Shown in pieces: positions 1-8,099 of a DNA stretch of 44,029 nt; position 1 is the first letter of the stretch, and every line of letters starts with the position of its first letter. The DNA comes from a virus (lineage: Duplodnaviria; Caudoviricetes), in the IMG/VR virus record IMGVR_UViG_3300042935_000583, positions 1 through 44,029 of that record; one strand, given 5' to 3'. The notes below the pieces were generated by a model. The model was not told the origin of the DNA. It worked only from the letters and a program-made list of their open reading frames with translations, and ran no database searches. The position numbers and the translations under genes were made by a program.

Positions 1-93
1 GATCCAAATAACAGTGACGTTGCGACATCGAACGCGAATATTATGGTTAGAATTAATAACCATTTCTATCGCCAAGGTGGAACAGGTCTATAA
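1..93 (+). CDS. 3' end of a truncated upstream gene, probably a head structural/decoration protein
   Basis: Frame 1 is open from base 1 (DPNNSDVATSNANIMVRINNHFYRQGGTGL*) and ends just before the AGGAG RBS of the capsid gene. Confidence 0.6.
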   Translation, partial: DPNNSDVATSNANIMVRINNHFYRQGGTGL

Positions 94-107
94 TAGGAGA
101 ATAAATA

Positions 108-1019
108 ATGGCTATATCACGATCACAACTAGTTAAAGAACTAGAGCCAGGATTGAATGCACTATTCGGCCTGGAATACAGTAGATACGAGAACGAGCAC
201 GCTGAAATCTTTATAACTGAAACTTCTGACAGAGCGTTTGAAGAAGAAGTTATGTTAACAGGTTTTAACGGTGCTGAAGTTAAACAAGAAGGTGCTCCAG
301 TAGTATTCGATCAAGCTTCTGAAGCATATACTTCAAGATACACTCATGAAACAATCGCATTAGCGTTTGCTATCACTGAGGAAGCTATTGAAGATAACCT
401 TTACGATAGACTTGCATCTCGTTATACAAGAGCGTTAGCTAGATCAATGGCTAACACTAAACAAGTTAAAGCAGCAGCTGTATTAAACAATGCGTTTAAT
501 TCAAGCTTTACAGGTGGGGACGGAAAAGAGCTTATTGCTACTGATCACCCTCTTGCTAACGGTGGAACTTTCAGTAATGAACTTGCTACTGCAGCTGACC
601 TTAACGAAACATCACTAGAGCAATCATTAATCGACATCGCAGCGTTTGTTGACGAAAGAGGATTAAGAATCGCTATCCAAGGTAGAAAATTGATAGTTCC
701 AAAAGAATTACAATTCACTGCGGAGAGAATCTTAAAAACTCCTTTAAGAACAGCAACAGCTGATAACGATATCAATGCAATCAAAAATATGGGAATGATT
801 CCAGAAGGTTATAGAGTTAACCACTTCTTAACTGATACTGACGCATTCTTCATTATGACTGATGCTCCAAATGGTCTAAAACACTTTGTAAGATCGCCAA
901 TTAAAACTGCGATTGAAGGTGATTTCGACACAGGTAACGTTAGATTCAAAGCTAGAGAGAGATACGTATTCGGATTCTCTGACCCTAGAGGAATCTTCGG
1001 ATCACCAGGAGCTGCATAA
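108..1019 (+). CDS. Major capsid protein
   Basis: 303 aa; MAISRSQLVKELEPGLNALFGLEY...KARERYVFGFSDPRGIFGSPGA matches a capsid family common in aquatic phages; strong RBS and a downstream terminator. Confidence 0.92.
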   Translation: MAISRSQLVKELEPGLNALFGLEYSRYENEHAEIFITETSDRAFEEEVMLTGFNGAEVKQEGAPVVFDQASEAYTSRYTHETIALAFAITEEAIEDNLYDRLASRYTRALARSMANTKQVKAAAVLNNAFNSSFTGGDGKELIATDHPLANGGTFSNELATAADLNETSLEQSLIDIAAFVDERGLRIAIQGRKLIVPKELQFTAERILKTPLRTATADNDINAIKNMGMIPEGYRVNHFLTDTDAFFIMTDAPNGLKHFVRSPIKTAIEGDFDTGNVRFKARERYVFGFSDPRGIFGSPGAA

Positions 1020-1041
1020 TACGTTAATTAAGTAGTTCAAT

Positions 1042-1079
1042 AAAAGGGGCTAGAGTTTACTCTGGCCCCTTTTTCTTTT
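1042..1079 (+). terminator. Rho-independent terminator (possibly bidirectional)
   Basis: AAAAGGGGCTAGAG-TTTA-CTCTGGCCCCTTTT stem followed by a T-rich tail, directly after the capsid gene. Confidence 0.85.
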
Positions 1080-1084
1080 ATAAT
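1056..1084 (+). promoter_or_regulatory. Sigma70-like promoter embedded in the terminator
   Basis: TTTACT (1056-1061), 17 bp spacer, TATAAT (1079-1084). Confidence 0.55.
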
Positions 1085-1090
1085 AATAAA

Positions 1091-1168
1091 TAATCTAGAT
1101 ATAATTAGTTTTGTAGACTGGCTAGACAGACGGTATAGAGACTACAGAGCTTAACCACTATACGGGAG
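1091..1168 (+). ncRNA. Candidate structured cis-regulatory leader RNA with three interleaved helices
   Basis: Pairings 1094-1098/1122-1126, 1107-1116/1142-1151 (2 G-U) and 1133-1138/1158-1163; the last abuts the GGGAG RBS. Confidence 0.45.
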
Positions 1169-1174
1169 AATAAT

Positions 1175-1690
1175 ATGGGACAAACAACTTTTTCAGGACC
1201 AGTAAAATCTTTAGCAGGTTTTATTAGTGCTGGAGTATCAAACTCAGTAACAACAGCAGTAGGTGCAACATTAACTGTTGCAGATAATGCTGGAAAACAA
1301 ATCTATTACACAAGCACAGCAGCAGCAACTTTTACTTTACCAGCTGTAAATACAACTGCACCAAGTGATCCAACTGATCCAAATCAAGCAAATAATTATG
1401 GTGCAACTTTTGATTTTGTACTTTCAACAACAGTAACAGGTAATTTTGTAGTACAAGTAGCAAATGCTTCTGATACTATAGTAGGAACAGCCATTCTTGG
1501 TTCTGGAACTACAGCATTAGTATTTAGCACAGCAACTGCATCTGACACTATTACTTTAAGTGGTACAACTACAGGTGGAGTAGGCGGAGCAACTATTACT
1601 GCTACAGTAGTAGGAGCTAACAGATACAAAGTTAATGTAGTATCTGGAGCTACAGGAGCAGTAGCAACACCTTTTAGTGCTGCAGTATAA
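1175..1690 (+). CDS. Putative capsid decoration/virion structural protein
   Basis: 171 aa, rich in T/A/G/V and beta-like; N-terminal TTFSGPV motif; lies next to the capsid gene. Confidence 0.65.
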   Translation: MGQTTFSGPVKSLAGFISAGVSNSVTTAVGATLTVADNAGKQIYYTSTAAATFTLPAVNTTAPSDPTDPNQANNYGATFDFVLSTTVTGNFVVQVANASDTIVGTAILGSGTTALVFSTATASDTITLSGTTTGGVGGATITATVVGANRYKVNVVSGATGAVATPFSAAV

Positions 1691-1699
1691 TTAATTTAT

Positions 1700-1727
1700 T
1701 TTAAGGAGCTCTTCGGGGCTCCTTAAA
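1700..1727 (+). promoter_or_regulatory. Intergenic cUUCGg hairpin (stability/attenuation element)
   Basis: TTTAAGGAGCTC-TTCG-GGGCTCCTTAAA 12-bp stem with no U-tract after it. Confidence 0.7.
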
Positions 1728-1742
1728 TACTAAGGAGTAAAA

Positions 1743-2078
1743 ATGAAATCAGATGTAAAACCAGTCATATGTGCTAGTACATCATCTAATGCAGTATTGT
1801 TTACTGGTCCTACAAGACTTAGAGGATTCATGATTCAATCTACTGGTACTTCTGGAACAGCTATTATTAATGGTTTAGCAAATGCTTCCACTGTTAGTTC
1901 ATCAGTTAATACACAAGTTTATATTCCAGTCCAAGTTGGAGCTGGTGGAACTGAGACATTAAATCTTCCAGAAGATGGAGTTTTATTTGCTCAAAGAGGT
2001 GGAGTAGGAATCATTGATGGTATTGGAGTTACTGGAAACACAAGTGCTTTAACTATTACACTATTTATAGATAAATAA
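1743..2078 (+). CDS. Putative small virion structural protein
   Basis: 111 aa, beta-rich composition, TAAGGAG RBS, head module position. Confidence 0.6.
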   Translation: MKSDVKPVICASTSSNAVLFTGPTRLRGFMIQSTGTSGTAIINGLANASTVSSSVNTQVYIPVQVGAGGTETLNLPEDGVLFAQRGGVGIIDGIGVTGNTSALTITLFIDK

Positions 2079-2419
2079 TGATTCAAGAAGATATTCTTGA
2101 TTATCAAGAGTCAGTAATGCAGCTCGTTTCAGGAATGAAACGTGGTGGCGATGTAATGCCAGCTAGAAATAAGAAAAATTTTAGACCTACAGAAAAAGGC
2201 GCTGGAATGACTCGCGCGGGCGTGCAGGCGTACAGGCGCGCGAACCCTGGTTCAAAATTATCTACAGCAGTTACAGGTAAAGTTAAACCAGGAAGTAAGT
2301 CAGCTAAGAGAAGAAAATCTTATTGTGCAAGATCTGCCGGTCAAATGAAAATGTTTCCAGGAGCAGCCAAAGATCCTAACTCAAGATTGCGCCAAGCTAG
2401 ACGTAGATGGAAATGTTAG
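2078..2419 (+). CDS. Small basic phage protein (possible internal head protein)
   Basis: K/R-rich; RRKSYCARSAGQ...DPNSRLRQARRRWKC is a conserved-looking phage motif; MKRGG near the N-terminus; TAATG coupling. Confidence 0.7.
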   Translation: MIQEDILDYQESVMQLVSGMKRGGDVMPARNKKNFRPTEKGAGMTRAGVQAYRRANPGSKLSTAVTGKVKPGSKSAKRRKSYCARSAGQMKMFPGAAKDPNSRLRQARRRWKC

Positions 2420-2437
2420 TTAAAGTTCCGTTTATAA

Positions 2438-2839
2438 ATGGAAAAAAATAATTTATTAGTTCACAAACATTTAATTGTTCGTGCTGAAGTTTATCGTCCA
2501 CCCATGGACGAGGAGTTTCTTAGGCGATGGTTAAATGACTTCATTACAGAAATTGGAATGAAAGTTATGATGGGTCCTTATGTTCAATATTCTAATATGG
2601 TTGGCAATCGTGGTATTACTGGTGCTGCTATTATAGAAACATCACATATTGTTATGCACGTATGGGACGAAGTACATCCTGCATTAATGCAATTTGATGT
2701 ATATAGTTGTGGAGAATTTGATCCAGAAACTATATGTAATAAAATAGAAAAAGATTTCACAGTTCACAAAATTGAATACAAATTCCTTGATAGAGAGCAT
2801 GATTTAAAGGAAATATTCAAATTGAAAGTAGCAGAATAG
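2438..2839 (+). CDS. speD: S-adenosylmethionine decarboxylase proenzyme
   Basis: GITGAAIIETSHIVMHVWDE...DVYSC matches the prokaryotic AdoMetDC self-cleavage (E-x-S-H) region. Confidence 0.85.
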   Translation: MEKNNLLVHKHLIVRAEVYRPPMDEEFLRRWLNDFITEIGMKVMMGPYVQYSNMVGNRGITGAAIIETSHIVMHVWDEVHPALMQFDVYSCGEFDPETICNKIEKDFTVHKIEYKFLDREHDLKEIFKLKVAE

Positions 2840-2850
2840 TAGTATATAAA
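2822..2850 (+). promoter_or_regulatory. Sigma70-like promoter
   Basis: TTGAAA (2822-2827), 17 bp spacer, TATAAA (2845-2850), just upstream of ATG 2862. Confidence 0.45.
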
Positions 2851-2861
2851 CTACTTGCTAT

Positions 2862-3524
2862 ATGTCATATTTAAATGCTAACATACCTCCAATTTATTGT
2901 AAAATAAGAAGGGAATATTTATATGACTTACGAGAACATCATGGCGAAACTGAAGACTGTGTGGTCTTTGCTATTGCAAGCATTCCAGGGCGTGCAATCT
3001 TATTTCATGCTTTACTTACGAATGGTGCAATATATTGGAGGCTTCCTATCAGTGCTTTTCTTCAAGGAGGAAACAGCGGTGTTGTGCATAGCACACAGAT
3101 GGAATCTCCAGATCTCGAAGATCTTGAGCTATGGAATTCATTTAGTTATTATCCTTCTATTACTACTTTTGATTTTTTAATCGGACAACGCTGTAAATAT
3201 TTAGGTAAAGATAAAAAATTTATTCATGGGGAATATTTATTTACAATTGATTGGGCACATCCAGAACCTAATATCTTGGATACTGAACATTCCGAAATTC
3301 CTGATCAACATAAGTGCGCACATATTTTGGCCCTTGATAACGGTAATTATGCAGCTCAGCCTAACAATCGTATTTTGTGGAACATTAGTAGTTTTACTAC
3401 TTCTAAACATTGGCCAGATTATAAAGTTACAACTACAGAATGGAATGTTGAAAATAAAGGGTTTGTGACAGATGACACAGACAATTTTTTCTATGATATA
3501 ATGGATAAGGATAAAAAAATATGA
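2862..3524 (+). CDS. Conserved hypothetical phage protein
   Basis: 220 aa with typical codon usage; HSE..HKCAH..GNYAAQPNNR cluster may bind metal. Confidence 0.75.
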   Translation: MSYLNANIPPIYCKIRREYLYDLREHHGETEDCVVFAIASIPGRAILFHALLTNGAIYWRLPISAFLQGGNSGVVHSTQMESPDLEDLELWNSFSYYPSITTFDFLIGQRCKYLGKDKKFIHGEYLFTIDWAHPEPNILDTEHSEIPDQHKCAHILALDNGNYAAQPNNRILWNISSFTTSKHWPDYKVTTTEWNVENKGFVTDDTDNFFYDIMDKDKKI

Positions 3525-3871
3525 GCAGTGAATTTAAATTAAGCGACCAAACAAGTGTAGCACTACCGATTAAAAATATAGTTGCTATTGTATCTGCTAT
3601 TGTTGTAGCAGTATGGACGTATTTTGGTATTGTTGAAAGATTAAATAGAATAGAGACTAATGAGAAATTAATGGCTCAAGATCTTCTTAAAAAAGCAGAT
3701 CAAACTCCAAAAAACCAAGAATTATTTATGTTGATTGAGTATCAAGCTAAAACAATAGAAAAACATACAAAACAATTAGAGGAAAATGTTCACACTAAAG
3801 TATTAATATCTCAATTAGAAAAGAAAGTAGATAAATTAGAAAAAGAATTAGATACCGTAAGAGGTAAATAA
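3521..3871 (+). CDS. Membrane-anchored coiled-coil protein (possible lysis accessory)
   Basis: TM segment IVAIVSAIVVAVWTYFGIV followed by a heptad-like C-terminus; upstream of the endolysins. Confidence 0.6.
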   Translation: MSSEFKLSDQTSVALPIKNIVAIVSAIVVAVWTYFGIVERLNRIETNEKLMAQDLLKKADQTPKNQELFMLIEYQAKTIEKHTKQLEENVHTKVLISQLEKKVDKLEKELDTVRGK

Positions 3872-4086
3872 TGATAGAAGTAGTATTTGCATTATTAATG
3901 TATATGAATGGTAAACTAGAAGGCTATTCACCTAAAGCTAATGTTGCTGATTGCTTAGAACAAAAAAGAAAAGTAGAACGTGATGGTAATCCTAGTGTTA
4001 CTTCATGGAGTTGTAAAGAAGTAAAAGCCATTATAGAAATAGATAAACATGGCATTAAAAGAATCAAAGAAGTTAAGCAAGATTAA
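3871..4086 (+). CDS. Small hypothetical protein with hydrophobic N-terminus and two Cys
   Basis: 71 aa, TAATG-coupled. Confidence 0.6.
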   Translation: MIEVVFALLMYMNGKLEGYSPKANVADCLEQKRKVERDGNPSVTSWSCKEVKAIIEIDKHGIKRIKEVKQD

Positions 4087-4139
4087 TTGTATTAACAATC
4101 TGACAGTTGGATGCTGTCTCTCAAATCAATGTAAATGTT

Positions 4140-4745
4140 ATGACAATAAAGAGTATAGTAATAAAATATTTGATAGTAGCTCTTCTAGCGTTTGTATTAG
4201 GTACATTCTTTCCGAATCCAGTCGCCAAGAAGAAGACTGAATCGGCCACGATCGCCTGGGCGAAAAGTCTAGGTTTTGGTCCCCCGAGGTTTGAATATCG
4301 TAACAATGCAGAATTCATCACTTCCCTTAAAAAATGTATCGCCTACGTCAATTTTGATACTCCCACAAGAAAACAAGTAAATACAGAACTAATAATAGCT
4401 CAAGCTATTGTTGAAAGTAATTATGGAACTTCACGTTTTGCTATTGAAGGAAATAACTTATTTGGTATAAGGGTATGGTCTAAAGAAGGTATGTTGCCTT
4501 ATAGACAACCTGAATCAATAGATTGGCGAGTAAGAGTCTTTAAAACTAAGTGTGATTCTGTTAAATACTATATTGAAATTCTAAATACAAAAAAAGTGTA
4601 TGCAGAATTTAGAAGAGTTAGAGAATTAACATTAAATAGGAACCCTATTGCAATGGCTAAAACATTAGATAATTTTTCTACAAACAAAGAGTATGAAAAA
4701 CATGTTATTGAGGTTATTATAAAATTAAGAAATGAATCTAAGTAA
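4140..4745 (+). CDS. GH73 glucosaminidase (Bax/FlgJ-like) with N-terminal membrane anchor
   Basis: IIAQAIVESNYGTSRFAIEGNNLFGI catalytic motif; hydrophobic N-terminus; start moved from 4107 to ATG 4140. Confidence 0.8.
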   Translation: MTIKSIVIKYLIVALLAFVLGTFFPNPVAKKKTESATIAWAKSLGFGPPRFEYRNNAEFITSLKKCIAYVNFDTPTRKQVNTELIIAQAIVESNYGTSRFAIEGNNLFGIRVWSKEGMLPYRQPESIDWRVRVFKTKCDSVKYYIEILNTKKVYAEFRRVRELTLNRNPIAMAKTLDNFSTNKEYEKHVIEVIIKLRNESK

Positions 4746-5190
4746 AAGTTTTACATTAAATGAATTAACAAAGTCGCAAGAAGCGACAAGACTTGGAATA
4801 AATAATACACCAAGTGATGAGCATATATTAAATTTAAAAATACTTTGTGAAAATATACTACAACCTATAAGAGACTTTTATGGTATGCCTTTGTCCGTGA
4901 GTTCTGGATATCGATCAGCGGCACTTTGTGAAGCTGTAGGTTCTTCATCTAAAAGTCAGCATACTAAAGGTCAAGCAGCAGATTTTGAGATATTTGGTAT
5001 AGCTAATAAAGAATTAGCTGATTGGATTACAACTAATCTTGATTATGATCAATGCATATTAGAGTTTTGGAATGAAAATGAACCTAATTCTGGATGGGTA
5101 CATTGTAGTTATTCAACAAATGGCAATAGGAAGCAATACTTGAAGGCTCAGAAGATAGGTGGTAAAATTGTTTATTCACCAATGGAGTAA
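4732..5190 (+). CDS. Peptidase M15A-family endolysin
   Basis: SSGYRS, SQHTKGQAADF (H-x6-D) and WVHCS zinc-binding motifs. Confidence 0.85.
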   Translation: MNLSKSFTLNELTKSQEATRLGINNTPSDEHILNLKILCENILQPIRDFYGMPLSVSSGYRSAALCEAVGSSSKSQHTKGQAADFEIFGIANKELADWITTNLDYDQCILEFWNENEPNSGWVHCSYSTNGNRKQYLKAQKIGGKIVYSPME

Positions 5191-5192
5191 AA

Positions 5193-5297
5193 ATGCCAAT
5201 AGGAAGATCACAAATACCGCAACAAATCGAAGGTAAGATACGAGGTGCAAAGCCATCAAGGGCTATGCTTAAATCTAAAAGAAGAAAGAAAAAATAA
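5193..5297 (+). CDS. 34-aa basic microprotein (not in ORF track)
   Basis: MPIGRSQIPQQIEGKIRGAKPSRAMLKSKRRKKK*; fills the gap exactly, GGAG upstream, TAATG coupling to the next gene. Confidence 0.65.
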   Translation: MPIGRSQIPQQIEGKIRGAKPSRAMLKSKRRKKK

Positions 5298-5548
5298 TGG
5301 GTAAACTTTGCCCAAGAGGAAAAGCTGCGGCTAAAAGAAAATTTAAAGTGTACCCTAGCGCGTACGCGAATATGTATGCATCAGCAGTTTGCTCTGGTAA
5401 AGTAACACCTGGTGGTAAAAAAAAGAAAATGAGTGGTGGTAGTATTTCACAAGAAAGAAAAGCAGTATCTAATTATAAACAAGGTGGTGTTGCTAAAGGT
5501 TGTGGAGCTGTAATGGAAAAAAGAAGAAAAGTAACTAAAAAATATTAA
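5297..5548 (+). CDS. Small basic protein
   Basis: KFKVYPSAYANMYAS motif; MSGG and YKQGG motifs. Confidence 0.7.
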   Translation: MGKLCPRGKAAAKRKFKVYPSAYANMYASAVCSGKVTPGGKKKKMSGGSISQERKAVSNYKQGGVAKGCGAVMEKRRKVTKKY

Positions 5549-5549
5549 T

Positions 5550-5885
5550 ATGAGTTTACGTAAATGGGTTGCAGAAAAATGGGTAGACATCGGAGCTAAA
5601 CGCAAAGATGGTTCCTTTGCTCCTTGTGGAAGATCTGGAGGAGAAAAAAGAAAAGGATATCCTAAATGTGTTCCCTTAGCTAAAGCTAGATCAATGTCAG
5701 AAGGTCAAAGACGTTCAGCAGTTGCAAGAAAAAGAGCAGCAGGAAACACTGGTCCTAAACCTACAAATGTTAAAACATTTGCAAGTGAAGGTGCTTACAT
5801 TGGTAAATTTATAAGTGGAGAGTTTGATGGAGTAAAACATTCAAACGAATCTAAAGTAGATTACTATGGAGATTTATTAAAATAA
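5550..5885 (+). CDS. Small basic protein
   Basis: MSLRKWVAEKWVDIG...CGRS...YPKCVP; C-terminal YYGDLLK. Confidence 0.7.
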   Translation: MSLRKWVAEKWVDIGAKRKDGSFAPCGRSGGEKRKGYPKCVPLAKARSMSEGQRRSAVARKRAAGNTGPKPTNVKTFASEGAYIGKFISGEFDGVKHSNESKVDYYGDLLK

Positions 5886-6349
5886 TGGTTAAGCCTAAAC
5901 TAATTTTAGATATAGCAGAAAAAGCCTTTCCTAAAGCATCTGAGAAAGTTAGAGCTTATTTCAAAAAAACATATGATGATATGCGCATTGATATGTCAGA
6001 AGGTTCTGCATTTGAAGCAGCTAAAAAAGAAACAAGAGAAAAAATTAAAATAGAACCAGAGACTAAATTTAAAGGTGGATCTATTAAAAAGAAAGTTAAT
6101 AAAATGTTTGTTGGAGGAATACCAGATCCTAGTACAATTGTATCAAAACTTTCAGCAGCTTCACCACAAGATTATATTGATTATAAAACTAATACTGGAA
6201 GTCAAACTTCTACAGAGCCAGAAGAAAGAACTGGATATAAAGCAGCAGAATTTAAAACTACAGTAGAAGAAAAACCAACAGAAAAAAGTAAAGGTGGTAT
6301 GATTTATACTAAACCGCATCAAAAAAAATATTATGGAGATTTAATATAA
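5885..6349 (+). CDS. Hypothetical protein with three xxGG motifs
   Basis: KFKGG, MFVGG, KSKGG; C-terminal YYGDLI. Confidence 0.65.
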   Translation: MVKPKLILDIAEKAFPKASEKVRAYFKKTYDDMRIDMSEGSAFEAAKKETREKIKIEPETKFKGGSIKKKVNKMFVGGIPDPSTIVSKLSAASPQDYIDYKTNTGSQTSTEPEERTGYKAAEFKTTVEEKPTEKSKGGMIYTKPHQKKYYGDLI

Positions 6350-7036
6350 ATGGCTACATCAGGAACAACAGATTTTAACTTATCAATTGATGAGATTGTA
6401 GAAGAGGCTTATGAAAGAATAGGCATTCGATCTAATTCTGGTTATGACATCAAGTCAGCTAGAAGAAGCTTAAATATATTGTTTTCTGAATGGGGTAATA
6501 GAGGAGTTCATCTTTGGAAAGTAGAATTAAAAAATCAAGCATTAACTGCAGGCACTATTACTTACGCTACACCAAGTGATTGTAGCGATGTTTTAGAGGC
6601 TTATGTATCTTCAACATCAGGTATTACAACATCAACAACAGATCTATCTTTAACTAAAATTGATAGATCAACTTATGCTGCGCTTCCTAACAAAGGACAA
6701 ACTGGTCAGCCCTCACAGTACTATGTGGATAGACAGATAACTCCTACCATTAGTTTATATCTTGCTCCTGATAATATTACTTATCAATTTTTAAAATATT
6801 ATTATATTCAAAGAATTCAAGATGCGGGTTCTTATACTAATGACGCAGATTTACCTTATAGATTTATACCATGTATGGTTTCAGGACTTGCTTATTATTT
6901 AGCACAAAAAAGATCTCCTGAAAGAATTGATTTACTAAAAATGGCTTATGAAGATGAATTTAAAAGAGCTTTGGATGAAGATGGACAAAGAACTAGTTTA
7001 TACATATCACCACAAACTTATTTTCCACAAGGATAA
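6350..7036 (+). CDS. Putative head-tail adaptor / tail tubular protein A-like
   Basis: 228 aa; GQPSQYY...LAP and GLAYYLA pattern, plus position at the start of the tail module. Confidence 0.6.
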   Translation: MATSGTTDFNLSIDEIVEEAYERIGIRSNSGYDIKSARRSLNILFSEWGNRGVHLWKVELKNQALTAGTITYATPSDCSDVLEAYVSSTSGITTSTTDLSLTKIDRSTYAALPNKGQTGQPSQYYVDRQITPTISLYLAPDNITYQFLKYYYIQRIQDAGSYTNDADLPYRFIPCMVSGLAYYLAQKRSPERIDLLKMAYEDEFKRALDEDGQRTSLYISPQTYFPQG

Positions 7037-7039
7037 TTT

Positions 7040-7393
7040 ATGCCAGTATTTGCTAAAGGTAAAAGATCACTAGCTATATCAGATAGATCAGGAATGCAAT
7101 TTCCTTATCTTGAAATGGTTAAAGAATGGAATGGTTCATTTGTACATTTTTCAGAATATGAAGCTAAACAACCTCAATTAGAACTTAGATCTCAAGGAGG
7201 AGATGCTCAAGCATTACAATCTCCAAGAGCAGATGTAAGACCTGGTGGTGCATGTGATGTTGATTTAGATTTATATTATTGGCCAGGACAATATGTTTCA
7301 AACGGAATGCAACCAGGTATAAGTGGAGATATTATTAATACAAAAAGAGCAGCTTACACAGGTGTAGGTGAAGTAACTGTTAGTATAACATAA
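7040..7393 (+). CDS. Conserved virion-module protein
   Basis: AISDRSGMQFPY...EWNG...E.KQPQL conserved-looking pattern. Confidence 0.6.
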   Translation: MPVFAKGKRSLAISDRSGMQFPYLEMVKEWNGSFVHFSEYEAKQPQLELRSQGGDAQALQSPRADVRPGGACDVDLDLYYWPGQYVSNGMQPGISGDIINTKRAAYTGVGEVTVSIT

Positions 7394-7394
7394 A

Positions 7395-8078
7395 ATGACA
7401 TACGCAGAATTAGTACAAAAAATTAGAGATTATACAGAAGTAGGTTCTGAAGTTTTAACAGCTACTATTGTAGATGGTTTTATTAGAGATGCTGAATTTA
7501 AAATATTTAGAGAAGCAGACGCAGACTACGCGCGCGAGTACGCGACATCTACATTTACAGCTAACAATAAATATTTAGCATTACCTAATTCATCTGGTTC
7601 ATCTGGTACTAATAGTTCTAGAAGAGCTTTAATTGTTCGTTCTGTTGTTGCTACAAATACATCAGGTATTCAAGTATCACTAGAACCAAGAGATGATACA
7701 TTTATAACAGAATATAATTCATCAGGATCTGCTGGTTTTCCTAAATATTATGCTACATTTAGAGAAAATGCTATTGAAGTAGCTCCTAAACCAAGTTCAA
7801 ATTTTGTAGTAGAATTAGATTATATCTATACTCCAGATGGTTTAAGTGCAACAAACACAGAAACTTATATTTCTATTAATGCACCAGAATTATTATTATA
7901 TGCATGTTTAGTGGAAGCTTTTGCATACTTAAAAGGACCTATGGATATGTACAAACTGTATCAAGAGAAGTATAATATGGCATTACAAGGATTTACGTTA
8001 GAGCAAACAGGTCGAAGACGTAGAGACGAGTATCAAGATGGAACGTTACGAATTAAAGTACCGTCACCATCACCATAA
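7395..8078 (+). CDS. Putative head completion/adaptor protein
   Basis: MTYAELVQKIRDYTE...GFPKYYA...PELLLYACLVEA adaptor-like pattern. Confidence 0.6.
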   Translation: MTYAELVQKIRDYTEVGSEVLTATIVDGFIRDAEFKIFREADADYAREYATSTFTANNKYLALPNSSGSSGTNSSRRALIVRSVVATNTSGIQVSLEPRDDTFITEYNSSGSAGFPKYYATFRENAIEVAPKPSSNFVVELDYIYTPDGLSATNTETYISINAPELLLYACLVEAFAYLKGPMDMYKLYQEKYNMALQGFTLEQTGRRRRDEYQDGTLRIKVPSPSP

Positions 8079-8099
8079 TAAATTTATAGGAGAATAATT

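Noticed and set aside
4049-4240. Cys-rich 63-aa ORF bridging two genes
   Set aside because: It overlaps both neighbours out of frame and has no clear RBS. It cannot be supported, though it is not strictly excluded.
2923-6266. Same-strand nested ORFs 2923, 3226 and 6075
   Set aside because: They are off-frame inside longer genes, with the Leu/Ile/Gln-rich composition typical of frame-shifted AT-rich codons.
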